Below are positions 10,994 through 23,300 of a DNA stretch of 49,369 bases, piece after piece; position 1 is the stretch's first letter, and each line of letters opens with the position of its first letter. The position numbers and the translations under genes were made by a program. Source of the DNA: Perkinsus chesapeaki ATCC PRA-425 (taxonomy: Eukaryota > Protista > Perkinsozoa). The stretch is from positions 1 to 49,369 of the forward strand of contig JAAPAO010000231.1 in NCBI GenBank assembly GCA_013115145.1, given 5' to 3'. The notes under the pieces were generated by a model, which was not told where the DNA came from, made no database searches, and worked only from the letters and a program-made list of their open reading frames with translations.

Positions 10994-13900
10994 TCATCTC
11001 ATGCGTAATATCTCTAACAACAACTCGACGTTTTGCCTTCCCATTTCTTCAAAGGCCGTCGTTTTGCCTGAATACCAATTGAATCAGTTATCGGATGAAC
11101 TCGAGAACTCACTGATGGCATCGAAATTACGCAGGATGAAATCGAGACATCTCTTCCGAAGCCCGCTTGCTGCATGCATATCCGCCGCCTGAGGCGGAGC
11201 GATCCGCTTGCTGTCACTAAGTACTTTTCTTACTTGTAGAATTGTTGGTGCATTATCGATATTAATACTTTGCAGTATCTCCTTCTCACAAATCTTCTTA
11301 AGTCTATCGATACCGAATTGATCCGCGGTCATAAATAGGTCCATCGCGGAATCAACCGTGAGCTACAAAAGTTGACTGTTGAAAATAACTTTGCAGAATC
11401 ACACGCCATCGGTTTGTTCGTTGAGGTACTTTGATAAGACTCACTTGATGAACCTGGTCAGTATAGAGGAACTCCAAGACACCTTTAAAGGCAATATGGG
11501 TGACTCCTCCTTGAATTGGAATGCATTCATTAGCCGACATGCTAGATTCCTTCATATTCAACGACGGCGAGAACATCGCTCTAAAAGGAAGACTCAACGA
11601 AACGGGCGAGTCCGAGAAGCTTACTGGAAATAGGGACAACGCACACACATCATCTTGTGAGCGTACACCTGATTGGAGGAAAATACGGTATGAGCTTACC
11701 ATTCTGAGCTTAACCCTTTTCCCTTCAACTTCGAACACGACATCCGACCAAGTCGGATCATCCACCATTGCTCTCAGATCCGCCAGCAGCGTAGATTCTG
11801 GAATCTCCACATTAACCTAAGATACTTCTCGAGACGCAGCATTTCCAAAATGACCTACCTCCGAACCCAATGTGAACTTACGGAAGTCATTGAGTCTGTT
11901 TTGACCATCATAACCACCGAAAATGCAGAGACCGCCCCGATAGACAACTCCAGTATGACAGAACCTTAAACCATCGTAATGGACAGTACGTCTCCGATGC
12001 GAGTCACCATAAGTGTGGTACTGGGAAATGTCAAAGTGTTCATTGTATGGGAATGTAATAAGAAAAATGTTTCTAATGAGTGACGAGCATTGAAGCAATC
12101 TGAGCTAGGAATGAATTGCAATTATATACCTAGATGCTCGAAGGAGCCATACGGTTGAAGCAGGTAAAGATTAGCCACCACCGGAATCGAGGTCAGGACT
12201 CCCTCTCCCACTCGCTTTCCAATAACACGAAAAAATTACTGCAAGGTACGGTAGTGACGAGCATGAGTTATGACACAAAATCTACGAGGTGCTGTTGCTC
12301 TGTTATGATATACCTTTCTGATACATGTTCTCACCTCGGGCACGGTCGCACATCACCCTGCTGCTCAGCCATACCGTCTTCTCCACCAGCTGGACTATCC
12401 GGATTGTTACTGCTGCTCGTCGATCGCCAAGCTACCATTACCCGCGCAGGTTCAATTCCCACCAACGGTACTTTTCTCACCCGCTGATGTCCGTCTAAGC
12501 TCGTTCCATCCCCTCGTCACAAGATTGAACTCGTACAAGTCGTTTCGTGCTGTTCCAGTGCTGCCGCCAAACACGTACCTGAACCGTTTGCGTGGAGAAT
12601 TAGTGCGGCGAGGCAGTAATACCGCCTACGACTACCTGCGCGAGGTAGTGACGTTAGCCTCGGGAAAGGACTGCAAAAGACGCTACCAGTCACACAATGC
12701 TTCTTACGCCCGAAGTACCGTATTGCTAATAGTAGAACTAACTATTTGTATTCCACTGTCAGAGTAGGGTATTCCCCTTAGATGAACGAAATGAAGTAGT
12801 AGTTTAGAAGAGGAGGCTTGTAAATCATTCACGCCCACCTACATGCTGTCACCGTAGACCGCCGCTATATGAGAATCCCTAGGGGTCGGAGGGGGTACCT
12901 GATAAAGTTATGATCATAGCGGGGAGAGCGGTATGAAGAATGAAAAGTACGCCAACTTGACCATTTCATCAAGGTCTAAAACGCATAACGGGAAAGATAA
13001 ACTGGTTTGATTTGTCGACGTGTCGGACGTGGGACTCCGAGGGCCTCACAATTTGAAACTCAACTGTGATGGAGTCAACACTCCGGAATGAACTAGCTAC
13101 GGTAAGCCATTTGGAGGCACTGCCTTCAAGGCAGTATAATTCACTAAAGCGGCGAGAACCAGAATGGAATATAAAATCCCTATAACATTTTCTCCCCTCC
13201 TAAACTGACCTTAGAAGACAAGCTTGGCTCAACCATGGACCAAGTGTTGGTGAGAAAATCAAATATATAGAAGTCGTTGAGATGCTTCGACCCATCATGC
13301 CCACCAAACACCAGCATGCTGTCATTATGTATCACTGCAGACGTTCCTAACAACCATACCGGCGCAGGTTCGATTCCCGCCAGCGGCATTTTCTTACTAT
13401 ATCGTGCTCGAGGACCCGCTCCGCTGCCACCAGCCACCTGAGTTGAATGGGCCATGGAGTAGATGACTGTGTTGTGGCCTACCTCCACGGGAGACCATTT
13501 CTCTGAAATGAAGTTGAAGGCGTGGAAATCGTTGCGATAATTACCATCATAACCGCCAAACACATACCTGAGTATTCGGCCTCGAAGGAGCCGGAAACAT
13601 CAGCATCGGCATCAATCGGCTACTTTACTATCTATATATAACATACATATAATATTAATGTAGCCATAAATATATGCCAAGAGCGTTATAACAATACGGT
13701 ACGAGAGAACGGTAGTATATTACAAACTACCGATAGTTGATGATTTGATAGATACTATCAAACATGATAAGATATAATATTGTAACGAGTAGCCGTCCCG
13801 TTGTCTCTGGAGCAGCTCACATGGATGCATTATATTCCACTGCACTATGGCTGTGGCGTGCACTCGGTACAGGTCCCTGAGAGACGGGGGCGCGATAGAA

Positions 13901-14415
13901 ATAAGGATAGTATGGGGGAACGAGGTAAGAAAGATTTCTCCGTTACGCCGAATTTCCCACGCGCCTCGAAAATAAGATATTTTCCCGACAAAGTCGGTTT
14001 GTGAAAATACGCTTCTAGACGGCGGAGAGAGAAGCCAAGAAAATAACACGTTTTGGAATCAGTCAATATGCGGCGAGTGCCGAGCTCGCTAGAAATGAGA
14101 TATCTCTCAACGAAACTGGTTTCTTAAAACGGTTCCGCTTTATTGCCCCCTTAGGGACGAAAGCCACCTACTGTTTGAACCACCGTCGACCAGGACTGAG
14201 CTTGAGTGTCGAACATCCAAAAATCATTAACCCTGAAAAAGAGCAGGTTATCATCATCACAAGCACCAAGCACCACGGATCCACAGACCCACCGAGTGCT
14301 GCCATCATATCCACCAAAGATGTATATATTCCCACGGTAGGGTACTGCCACATGTCTATCTCGCGGTGATGGCCGGGGGGAATAGTACCTTAGGAGACAT
14401 GCTCTTCACGCTCAT
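10994..14415 (-). CDS. Multi-exon Kelch-repeat + BTB/POZ + BACK-like protein (LZTR1-like Cullin-3 adaptor)
   Basis: Repeated IFGGYDG..NDF...F...W Kelch blades (RDRHVAV, RYRTSAV, RFCHTGV), BTB SDVVFEVEGK, and LFMTADQFGIDRLKKICE. The C-terminus SKTTAFEEMGRQNVELLLEILRMR* is restored by splicing. Confidence 0.92.
12432..12480 (+). other. 49-nt intron of the Kelch gene that is an antisense tRNA-like 3' fragment
   Basis: Intron on minus: GTGAGAAAAGTACCGTTGGTGGGAATTGAACCTGCGCGGGTAATGGTAG. Plus strand reads GCGCAGGTTCAATTCCCACCAACGGTACTTTT. Flanking exons join in frame (RRTSA|AWRS). Confidence 0.75.
13347..13397 (+). other. 51-nt intron of the Kelch gene that is an antisense tRNA-like 3' fragment
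   Basis: Intron on minus: GTAAGAAAATGCCGCTGGCGGGAATCGAACCTGCGCCGGTATGGTTGTTAG. Plus strand reads GCGCAGGTTCGATTCCCGCCAGCGGCATTTT. Removal restores Kelch motif PRARY|RTSAVIHNDSMLVFGGHDG. Confidence 0.85.
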
Positions 14416-15849
14416 ATCCGACAGAGGAATGGACAGATCGTATGCACCAGTAGAACCTCTCTATAAGTGTGGCGAATCTCAAGACACAATATTTCCAATT
14501 CGTGCCAAAACCGAGTTCAATGAGCACACATAAGCATTTCAGTGCTGCTTTCAAATGGTACACCCTTGCCGGCTCTACCTAGCAGTCAACTCCCCTGCCC
14601 CAGACGAGTGGAAGAAGCAAAACGGCTCTACCACGCTTCCAAACGGCAATTTTTGGGGAACTATTAAATGTTCCTACCAGGAGATGATGAAGACCCCAGA
14701 TTTTTGAACGCTATCTTCGAGTTTCATAATACACCAAAGTCGCAGCCGCCTGCCCCCCCGGACTTACGATATAGTGAACCAGCTCTTTGTGAGGAAATGA
14801 TACCTACATAGGTAGCATCACGGTAAGGTATATTGATATAAGGAGTTATCAGATAACGTACTAACATCATGTTCCCTGGACGATTTATGAAAGCACTCAA
14901 AGGCCATGACTGTATGATAGTCATGACCCTCTTCCGCAATCGAGAATGCATCCGCTGATTTCTAGCTCAAGAAAAATGGTACGTAGCTAGATTACGGTCA
15001 TGGCCCGCATTAGGATCATATTTCTGCGAGGGCAGTCTTCGCGGCATGGGTACTACTACTATTACGCAATGCTCCTCCTGCCGCCGCACAGTACTCAATT
15101 TTCTTAATAAACAAAGTAATTAAAAATAATTTAATAGTTATTTAACAGGGATTAGTATACCTTTGAGCACGTAAGTTCAATTATCTGGTTATAATGTATA
15201 GAGTAATTTTGGAGATAATAATATTGTACAAGCCAAATCTTAATGACCAGATTGCTGCTATATGCGGATGGGGATGTGCATGGCGTGAACAACATCGAGG
15301 GACCTTTAATACTGAGTTTCATACGTCCCAATGCCCATGAAAACTTTATTAATAAATATGAAAAAGTATTCGTTATCAATTTGGCCAATAATACAGCGTT
15401 CACTGGGCTCTCTCGGACGAGGCAGATGGCCAGAACAGAACACCCCTTGGAGAAGTGTCCTCCATTTCCCATTGTCAAAACTTCCCCAACTCCGAGAGAC
15501 GACCTACTTGTAGAAATCATTAACTCTATTACTTCCATCATATCCACCAAACACATACCTACCAGACATGTCAACCCCGCGGAAGGAGCAGCATCATCAG
15601 CATCAGCAGCAGCCTACATGCAGTCATCCACTACAACACTCACATGAAGACTTCTGGCTCGAGGTGGCGTACCACTTGTATGGGAAATTACAGACCAATG
15701 ACCGGGAGATTCTGACACATTTCCTCCACGGAAAGCCAAACCGGGGGACCATCTTCCCTGTTAAGGCAGCGTAGACTTTAACAAGAATGCCGTTGCTTCT
15801 TCAAAATTAAGTGATTCTGAATGCTTTAATATGATCCTATTGTTCACTA

Positions 15850-18800
15850 TACGAGATAGTGTATATAGTGAATATACCCAACCATTACGAAAACGATTTT
15901 TCCCAATTCTACGAATATCTCCAGTGAATGATTCCATGAAGCTTTAAACACACCAAGATCGACGTAACAATGGTAAGTGAGCTGCTGGCTGGAATATAAT
16001 GACCGTCTACGTATATAAGGATCGAAACCTCTTATGTACATATAATACTCCTGGAAACATCGTCCGACTTGCCGGGGACAGGTGTGTCCATCACCCTCTA
16101 GCACTACTATCATAACTATTTCGACCAGAGAGCTTCTTACCATTCTCCCTTCGGACCTCCTCTACCGGCGGCATAAGTGTGTCCTAAAAATACGCCTACC
16201 AGGGATCGAACCCACGACCTTCCCCACCGTATCGCCCACTCGTCTCCGCCTATGTCTACCAGCCTGTCGAGGGGCACTTGCCAACATCCCCTAAATCACC
16301 AAGTTCTCGGCATTTCAGATCCCCTACTCACCGCAAGACTGCTGCTGCTAGCCTCCTCCTCCTCCTGCTCCTCCTCAAACTCCGGTCTGTGACCAGGTGA
16401 CAGCATCTCATCCAAGTCCGATGCGTCCTCCTCTACTCGCAGCGCCTTGAAATTGGTAAGCTCTCATAAATAGGTCAGTAATGAATATTATAGTAGTAGG
16501 AGTATGCCTGTAGTGCTATTAACAAACGTCATTTCGTGAGCTTAATAGTAAACACGTATTCCTATATGGCAATTTAAATAATGGAGGAATTGCACGAATA
16601 TTATCGAATTTGTCAAAGCTGAGCAAGCGCTGATCAGACTCCGACTCCAAATGCCCTTTCCCTTTCATACCACTCTTCCCTCGAATCCTGATGATCTCTC
16701 CATCCTCCCTGACATCGTCACCAATTCCCCATAGCCTTATCGACTATTACCTTCCTCGCTGCCACCGCCATCTACCGTTAGTCGAGACATGCCACCCCAA
16801 CCAAAATGACTATAATGTCCAGCTACGTACTCAACATCCCGAACCCTGCACTTCGGAAATAGCCCTAGAGTTCGAGCAACTTTAGTCTGGATTCGAACTA
16901 GCGACATCCTCTCGATCCCGATAAATTCCTCTTAAAAGAACTCTCGTTGCGTTCGGAAACGGCATCGGTGTGCAAGGGTGAAGCTTCGAGGTCTGCGGTA
17001 GGAAATCGAGATCCTCAAGTTCTTCTGCCCATGAAAGAGGCACCCTTCTATTCACGTAACTTTAACAAAAGTTTGGTATGAAAGGAAATGTCACCACATA
17101 AATGGTACATGTAACATCGTCAAATACAACACGCCTTCCGAAAGCGGCGACAAACTTGCCGAACTTTTAAACTCGTCACGGCAAAACGGCTGAGACGGTC
17201 CCCGCTCGCAGTAGCCACCTAAAACTACTAAAGCACGCTTCAACCTAAGATACTTACATGACACCGGACAGTATATCTCCTCTAAACTCGGGTTTCCTGG
17301 GGACCTGACCATCAAATCTCTCCCTCACTCGAACTCCCTCATCTAACCACCGCGATCTCCGACTGGGAGGCATGAAATTTTCCCAAAATTTTCCCAAAAT
17401 TTCCATACGTATTGAAGAATAATCCACAACTGCCGTACCTGCAGTTTTATCGGCCTCACCTGGTCCGATCATCATCACATGCAGCACGACAGTTAGGCAC
17501 ACCTGGCAGAGCCATCGACACTCCATAATCGTCATCTCGGCATTCCCAACGGACGCAATCTTGTACCTTTCACGAAACTATTACGGTGCTTTCGGGCCCA
17601 GCTAGCGCTTGAGGGTTTGGCCTCAAGGCTGACTCGTATATCTCTGTATGGGAAGTATTAATCATCTATTGCTACGATTACCATGTTGCTCTAATGAATT
17701 CAAATTACTATTTGGTCAATAATACGTAAGCCAAGGCGCCAGAGAGTTTGCTTTAACCAATACCATTAGGCTTAATTATCATTCGGTATCCAATTATTAT
17801 CAATCTTTACTATCATTGAGTTTATTTATTCCTTATTATTAGGTACCCATCTCCCCTTTCCTCTCCTCCCCAATTTACTACACTCATCGCCCCCAGCATA
17901 TCCTTCCTGAACAGCTTAGGCCCCTCCCGCTCACTTGGGGGACATGGTCGACATGATGCAAGTTGATTATCTAATAACCTTTCATTTTTCACGCGCCACT
18001 AAATTCCCTCTACCAGCGGCAGTGTCCTCCTCCTCCCATACTTCCCCCTCATTCCCCTACAGCAATAAGCGTGCTCTCATCCGAATGACCCGGTCTTGAC
18101 TCACTCACTGGCTCAACAACTTTCTGCCGGTCTATCTCTTCCGGAATAGCCTCTTCACCCACAAGGTACTGTTGGGCTTGCCTTCTATTGGCCCAATACC
18201 CCACAGGACCTTCATTAAAGGTCCCCAGTGGGCACTCATACCTGACCAGACCTGTAATACGCCCTGAGACGCTCGCCATTGGTAATTTATTCCTCTGCTC
18301 CCGGCCCGTTCCTCGGTCAAATGGAGTCTGTCTAAATCGATTGAGACTTTAATTTCTACCGGGAAATGGTGCAGTTTTGCAGCCTTCGCCGTGCTACTGA
18401 TATGAGGGCCTTGGGACACTTCAGCACTTCTATGCCCCGCTAAAGGTATGTATGAAACTTTTCCCAGTTAATTTCCTGTCCTCCTCCTAAGTCCAATATT
18501 CCCGCACCGGAGGTTTTCCAAGCCTTCTTTATTCGATGATCAAAGTAAAGAGCGGTATGGCACCCACAAAATAGTTCTACGAGGATTTATAATTGTGATA
18601 TTTTTTCTGCAAGCCAGTTTGCAATCACAAGAAAGAGCGGTATGAAAAGAGCACCTTACTTTTTACAGTCCCCCGGACAGCAATGTCCCGGTGGACACTC
18701 GCGGCACTCTCCACAACAGCAGAACGCACCAATCTCGAATGTTCCGCAATAGGAACAACCGCAGCAGTCCGAGGGCTCCGACGACTACCAAAGCGTTATG

Positions 18801-19438
18801 GTCGAATTCAAGATGATTATAGGAGAAATCGGTATGAGCTTCCGTACTGTCTTCTTGCAAGCACATGTCTCTACGTCATTACAGACGCACATGTTTTCTA
18901 TACCCAAAGATACCGCGGAGGTCCGTCGACTGGCCGGCATGGCATCGATGAAGCTCCGGAGCCAGCAGTTCTCAGGGACCTTGGGGAATCATCTTTGAAG
19001 AAAAGGCCGCTGGGAGATCACCTCTGTGAGATCTCGGGCGAGCTGACCGTATTCTAGGGTCTCGGTATCTTAATCCGGTGTGAAATGCACGGTTCAACCC
19101 CTGGATACCTTCAGGGTCATCGACACATTGGCAGCCGCATCGACATCGCCCCCAGCGCTCTGGGCATGTTCCGGGTTTAGTGGGATCCCCGCCAGGCAGG
19201 AAAGGAGACTCTGAAGGCCTATAGCTGACGAATTTCGTGGCGCGCGGTACTTTGTTCAGGAGTAAGGGCACGGAGATCGTCTGTAGTGGCTAGACAAGGA
19301 ATTCGGTTTATTACGCGAGGGGGAGGTTCGTAACCTGACAAGGGGCGTATCTTAGGTTGAAGCAAATAGATACTGAAATAGGTCGCTACCTTGTCGTGCT
19401 TCTAATAGTGACAGCAGCACAACAGGGGGAAGCAACAT
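15850..19438 (-). CDS. Multi-exon hypothetical protein with LRR-like segments (possibly more than one gene)
   Basis: Plausible spliced exons: MLLPPVVLLSLLEARQ, LQSLLSCLAGIPLNPEHAQ, TDFSYNHLEFDHNALVVVGALGLLRL, and acidic EFEEEQEEEE|GMLASAPRQAGRHRRRRVGDT|DTLMPP. Structure is only partly resolved. Confidence 0.45.
16184..16227 (-). other. 44-nt intron that is a sense tRNA-like 3' fragment
   Basis: GTGGGGAAGGTCGTGGGTTCGATCCCTGGTAGGCGTATTTTTAG. The oligo-T run forms the pyrimidine tract of the acceptor, and the exons join in frame (VGDT|DTLM). Confidence 0.75.
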
Positions 19439-19564
19439 CCCAAATTCATTGAAGGCACTTTTGTTTTGGCCTTCCAGCAGAGTCCAGTAAATCTTGCTCT
19501 CTCACTCTCACTTATATTTCCTCAACGCTATTTTTAACAAGGACTCCTCACTAGGCGATTCAGG

Positions 19565-19924
19565 ATGGCAGTATCTATTCCAGACTTGGAGCAACAGATA
19601 GCGGACCTAGAGGCGGAGCTGGCTCAAGGTTCAGCCATGCATTTCATACCAAAAAAGATTCCTTCTCTCCTTCAGTCGCTAGTATCCTTGGTGCCTCGTC
19701 TACCGACGTTGATCAGTACGAGGATTTGGACCGGCCTGCCGACTTTAAGCCAGGTCGACGGAGCTCCCCTGTGAAGCAACATACCAAGCATCTTGGTAGG
19801 CTTCTTGGGACAATGCTATTGCAACTCGGTAGGAGGCCATTCCGTACTTGGAAATAACTTAATTATTATTCAATAATAAATTCAATTTTATTATACAGGT
19901 GCATCTTTTGGCCACCCTGTGTGA
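19565..19924 (+). CDS. Small three-exon hypothetical protein (~69 aa) with N-terminal coiled coil
   Basis: Splicing gives MAVSIPDLEQQIADLEAELAQ|VASILGASSTDVDQYEDLDRPADFKPGRRSSPVKQHTKHL|GASFGHPV*. It is head-to-head with the minus-strand gene at 19438. Confidence 0.5.
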
Positions 19925-20339
19925 TATATTTATCTCTACAAGGCTTAAGGTCTGTTCTTATAGGCTTTTTACAATAGACACTATTAAAGGTTATAAATGA
20001 GGATATACTCCCATCAATACAATACTTCTGGTCGGTTCAAATAGGCTTCTTACAGATAGATCTCTCGTGAAGCATTCTCCTTTTTTGGTATATTATTACT
20101 AGTCCCCAAATACTAGTAACATTACTAGTATCACTGCTCCTCCCTACAGCCCTCACACTTTGAAGCTCGCCGAACCGTCATGTGGCATTCGGCAATTTCA
20201 CTTAACATGATAGCGCATTTTTGTATATTACCAGCAAATATCAATTTTACCTGGCGAAGAGGAAAAATGAAATCTCAGAAGTGCCTCCGCATTAGTTAGT
20301 GCATCGATCATCACAAAGGAGATGGGTTTATTAAACTGG

Positions 20340-23300
20340 ATGCCCCACAGTTCCCCTTTCAGAGTCTCTATTGGGTCAAGAGCTATCACCCGACTCGTCT
20401 GGGTCGACCTGTATCGACACTTGGTGGGACCAAAGCGTATCTTTGTTACCTCCATCAACACGGCAGGAGCCCCCAAGCATTAACGAGCTTAGCGATATTG
20501 GTCCAGGTAGGAGTTGAGGAAAGTGTGGTATGAAGATTGTCAGTATATTACGGCTTTTGCACACAATCTCCGACCTTCCTTGTAGCTCGTTTTTATGGTT
20601 GCAGGCGTCATCGAGCCTCTCAGTGTTCGTTTGGGGTCATTAAGTGTTCCTAATGTGGAGGAGATAGAATGGAAATTGTGGTATTAAAATATGTTGCCTA
20701 GACTACCCAAAGGCGCCTCCAAATGTATTCCTGCCGGGCCTGATATTTGATGTGTCTCTATGACATCCTGATTGATAATAATCTGTAATGATTATATTAC
20801 TACATGCTTTTATCTTCATCCTTATATAGCCTTCTCACTCAGCAATAGTAACTATACGAGGCTTTAACGGTTTTAGTAAGCATACTGTACCGAAACCCAA
20901 ACGCTTCTTCATATTTTTCAATCGATGGATTTCAGGAGATCTAGCAGTGTTATTGAAGATGATTCTGGAGGGCGACGACGGAGCATCTAATCTCACAGCA
21001 GAGGTGGCAGAGAAGCTCAATGAAGCAGCTCTGCCGACAATACCCGATCTAGACGGGCCTAGTCTGGCGATGTTATTGGTTATTGCAGAAATGAACAAGT
21101 AATATCACTTGTTGCTAGGGCGCACTCATACTTTGGGTCTATTATTTACCTTTTTATTCTCATATCAACTTTATTATTTACCTGTATAATCTGATATTAA
21201 CTTTATTATTTACCTTCCCATTCTCATATTAACTTTATTATTTACCTTCCCATTCTCATATTAACTTTATTATTTGCCCACATTTGTAATAACAGGTCCA
21301 CCTTGGTGACCGAGCCAAGGCTTGTGTCCGATCTAATGTTAGCTGTAGTGAGTCAAGCGACCTGTCTTGGACCATTCCTCAGGCCAGAGTAATGAGCTTG
21401 TGAGGCCTACTGGTGCCAGTCTGCTTTGGTAGGGTGATACCTACGCTAGCTGGTGCCTTTGCGGGTCTAGAGGAAGCCACACAGAGCTCTTCAACGGGAC
21501 CTACGCCGCAGAGACCGGGTAATATTGCCGTGATTTGAGGGAAAATCGGTATTAAAGCCGAGTGAAGGCGGTCATAGGAGAATAAGGGTTTAGGAATGCT
21601 CTTGATCGATTCCGATAACCTCACGGAGGAGTTTTGCTTTACTTGTCGATGTTGTTTGTACTTGCCTTGAGGATACAGCTACTTTCCTTTTATCTAGATA
21701 TGGATCATCATATAGTAACAACTTCCTTCATAATGCTTTATCATCATCTATCCGCACTATGGCTCTACTTCCTCCTTCATTGCCTTGTTCAGGTACCCCA
21801 GTTTCCTCGGCACCAGTCAGCCCAACAGCCTCAGGCAGCGCCGTCGCCCTTAACACACCGACATCAACAACGTCCCTCTCTGTCAGCCCCAGTGGAGTTT
21901 CGTGGCGCGCGCCGCTTTCTAGAGCGCTGTTGGCTAACTTGGACGATATAGAGATACCGTTGCTCTGTCAGAGTCTATACAGTCTCATTGTGAGCCCGGC
22001 ATCGGTGCCGCCTCCGAACGGCACGGTCGAACCGGTGAAACTGCCAGCTTCGCTCCGCCAAGTTTTGGATAAAGTTAGTCTCGTATTGTCGAGCACACCC
22101 ATGGACGCTAAATCTGCGTTGCTGATGGTGTGTGTGTTCGCCTCACCGGCAGTGGAAGATTCTGTTAATGCTGCGAAAATGACGAGAAAAATGTGCGAGG
22201 CGCCGGATTTGAACTCGGGTCACTTGGAGGAGATCGCCGCCGCTACCTGCTTCCACTGGAAGTTCTCTTGTGCGGCTCGCAAAAGAGTTTTGCCTTTGAT
22301 ATGTGACAGGGTCGAAGTATCAGGTACTTAAGTGGCTGCTTCGCTCCGCCTATTTTTGTATTTTCAGGATCTTCGCCGAGGTTAGTGGCGCTCTTGGCGG
22401 CAACGTGTGCTCCGCCGAGGGAAGCAATTCCTGGAGGCCGCCAGCATCCTAGCGGGGATGACCTGTTCGGGTTGGTTCAGAGCGCATCGTTGCTGAGCTT
22501 ATGTGCGAAGGAATCGGCTGGGGCGATGGTTCTGGTTGGACCAACGGGCGTGCCGGGAGGGAGTGCTTGGGTTGTAAAGGACGTTATTGATGTAATAATA
22601 GGGAGGTATTGTTATCATGCGGCAAATATATTATTAGTCGTTATATGTCATAATCTCTATCACTAAGGACTACTGTATCTTAAACGTTATATGTGTAAAT
22701 GTGGTCTTTGTATTATCAGTAGTTTATTGTAATTGCTGTATAGTCATACTACCCGTGAATTACATTGCGATATCATGGTAGAAAGTACTTGTTCTTTACA
22801 ATATAGAGTATTACTCCCCGACCAGACTTGTGGTAAAACTGAGTAATGAGAATAACCGTGACAGTTTCGGAAAGCTGATCTGATAGCCTGATGACCCCTG
22901 GAGTGATGTTTTGCACGGATGGGTTCGGGGTCGCTGATTCTGATCACTTTTGACTGACAAGCCTACTAGCTTGGTGCTTTGAAGAGGAGAAGGCGGAGCG
23001 AAGCGATTTTTGTTTACTATTTTAGGTAGCAAATTATGTATCATCTAGCCTTGAGGCTGAGGACTGTCCTGATAAGACCTCGGCTAGTTTGTTCCTGAAT
23101 CACTTGGTTGATTGGCTTGGAGCTACTTTGGTTGTACCAACGCATGGGATACATAGTGCAGCTACTGCCCCTGGAGGAGTGTATGACCAGTTATCGAGGG
23201 CTAGACCTCTGTGGCAGGTAGGGGGGATACGGGAGGACTTGAAACAGGCTGGAATCCCAGATATACTCTTATATGATAATACTATTATTGTATATTGTGT

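Noticed and set aside
12165-12205. Degenerate T-arm-like stretch in a long Kelch intron
   Set aside because: The B-box is poor (CCTCGATTCC) and the region also has an open frame. Too weak to call.
14977-15780. Possible small plus-strand gene (ATG|GT start, signal-peptide-like exon, 134-aa ORF)
   Set aside because: I could not assemble a consistent in-frame exon chain or recognise a domain.
16880-16912. B-box-like GTCGCTAGTTCGAATCC on the minus strand
   Set aside because: No T trailer, and a coding frame (ERMSLVRIQTKVARTLG) runs through it. Exon/intron status is ambiguous.
18690-19330. Plus-strand stop-riddled frame resembling an LTR gag fragment (RV*WDPRQAGKETLKAY)
   Set aside because: The minus strand gives clean spliced exons with GT-AG boundaries and an LRR-like motif, so the gag likeness is probably antisense noise.
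20835-21098. Minus-strand ORF resembling a mitochondrial presequence protein
   Set aside because: It is the antisense of a better plus-strand exon (VLLKMILEGDDG...LAMLLVIAEMN) of the RAP gene.
22190-22230. tRNA-like reverse complement GACCCGAGTTCAAATCCGGCGCCTCGCACATTTTT
   Set aside because: It lies in an open, protein-like frame (MCEAPDLNSGHLEEIAA) and no adjacent GT donor was found. Unresolved, so not counted among the intron family.
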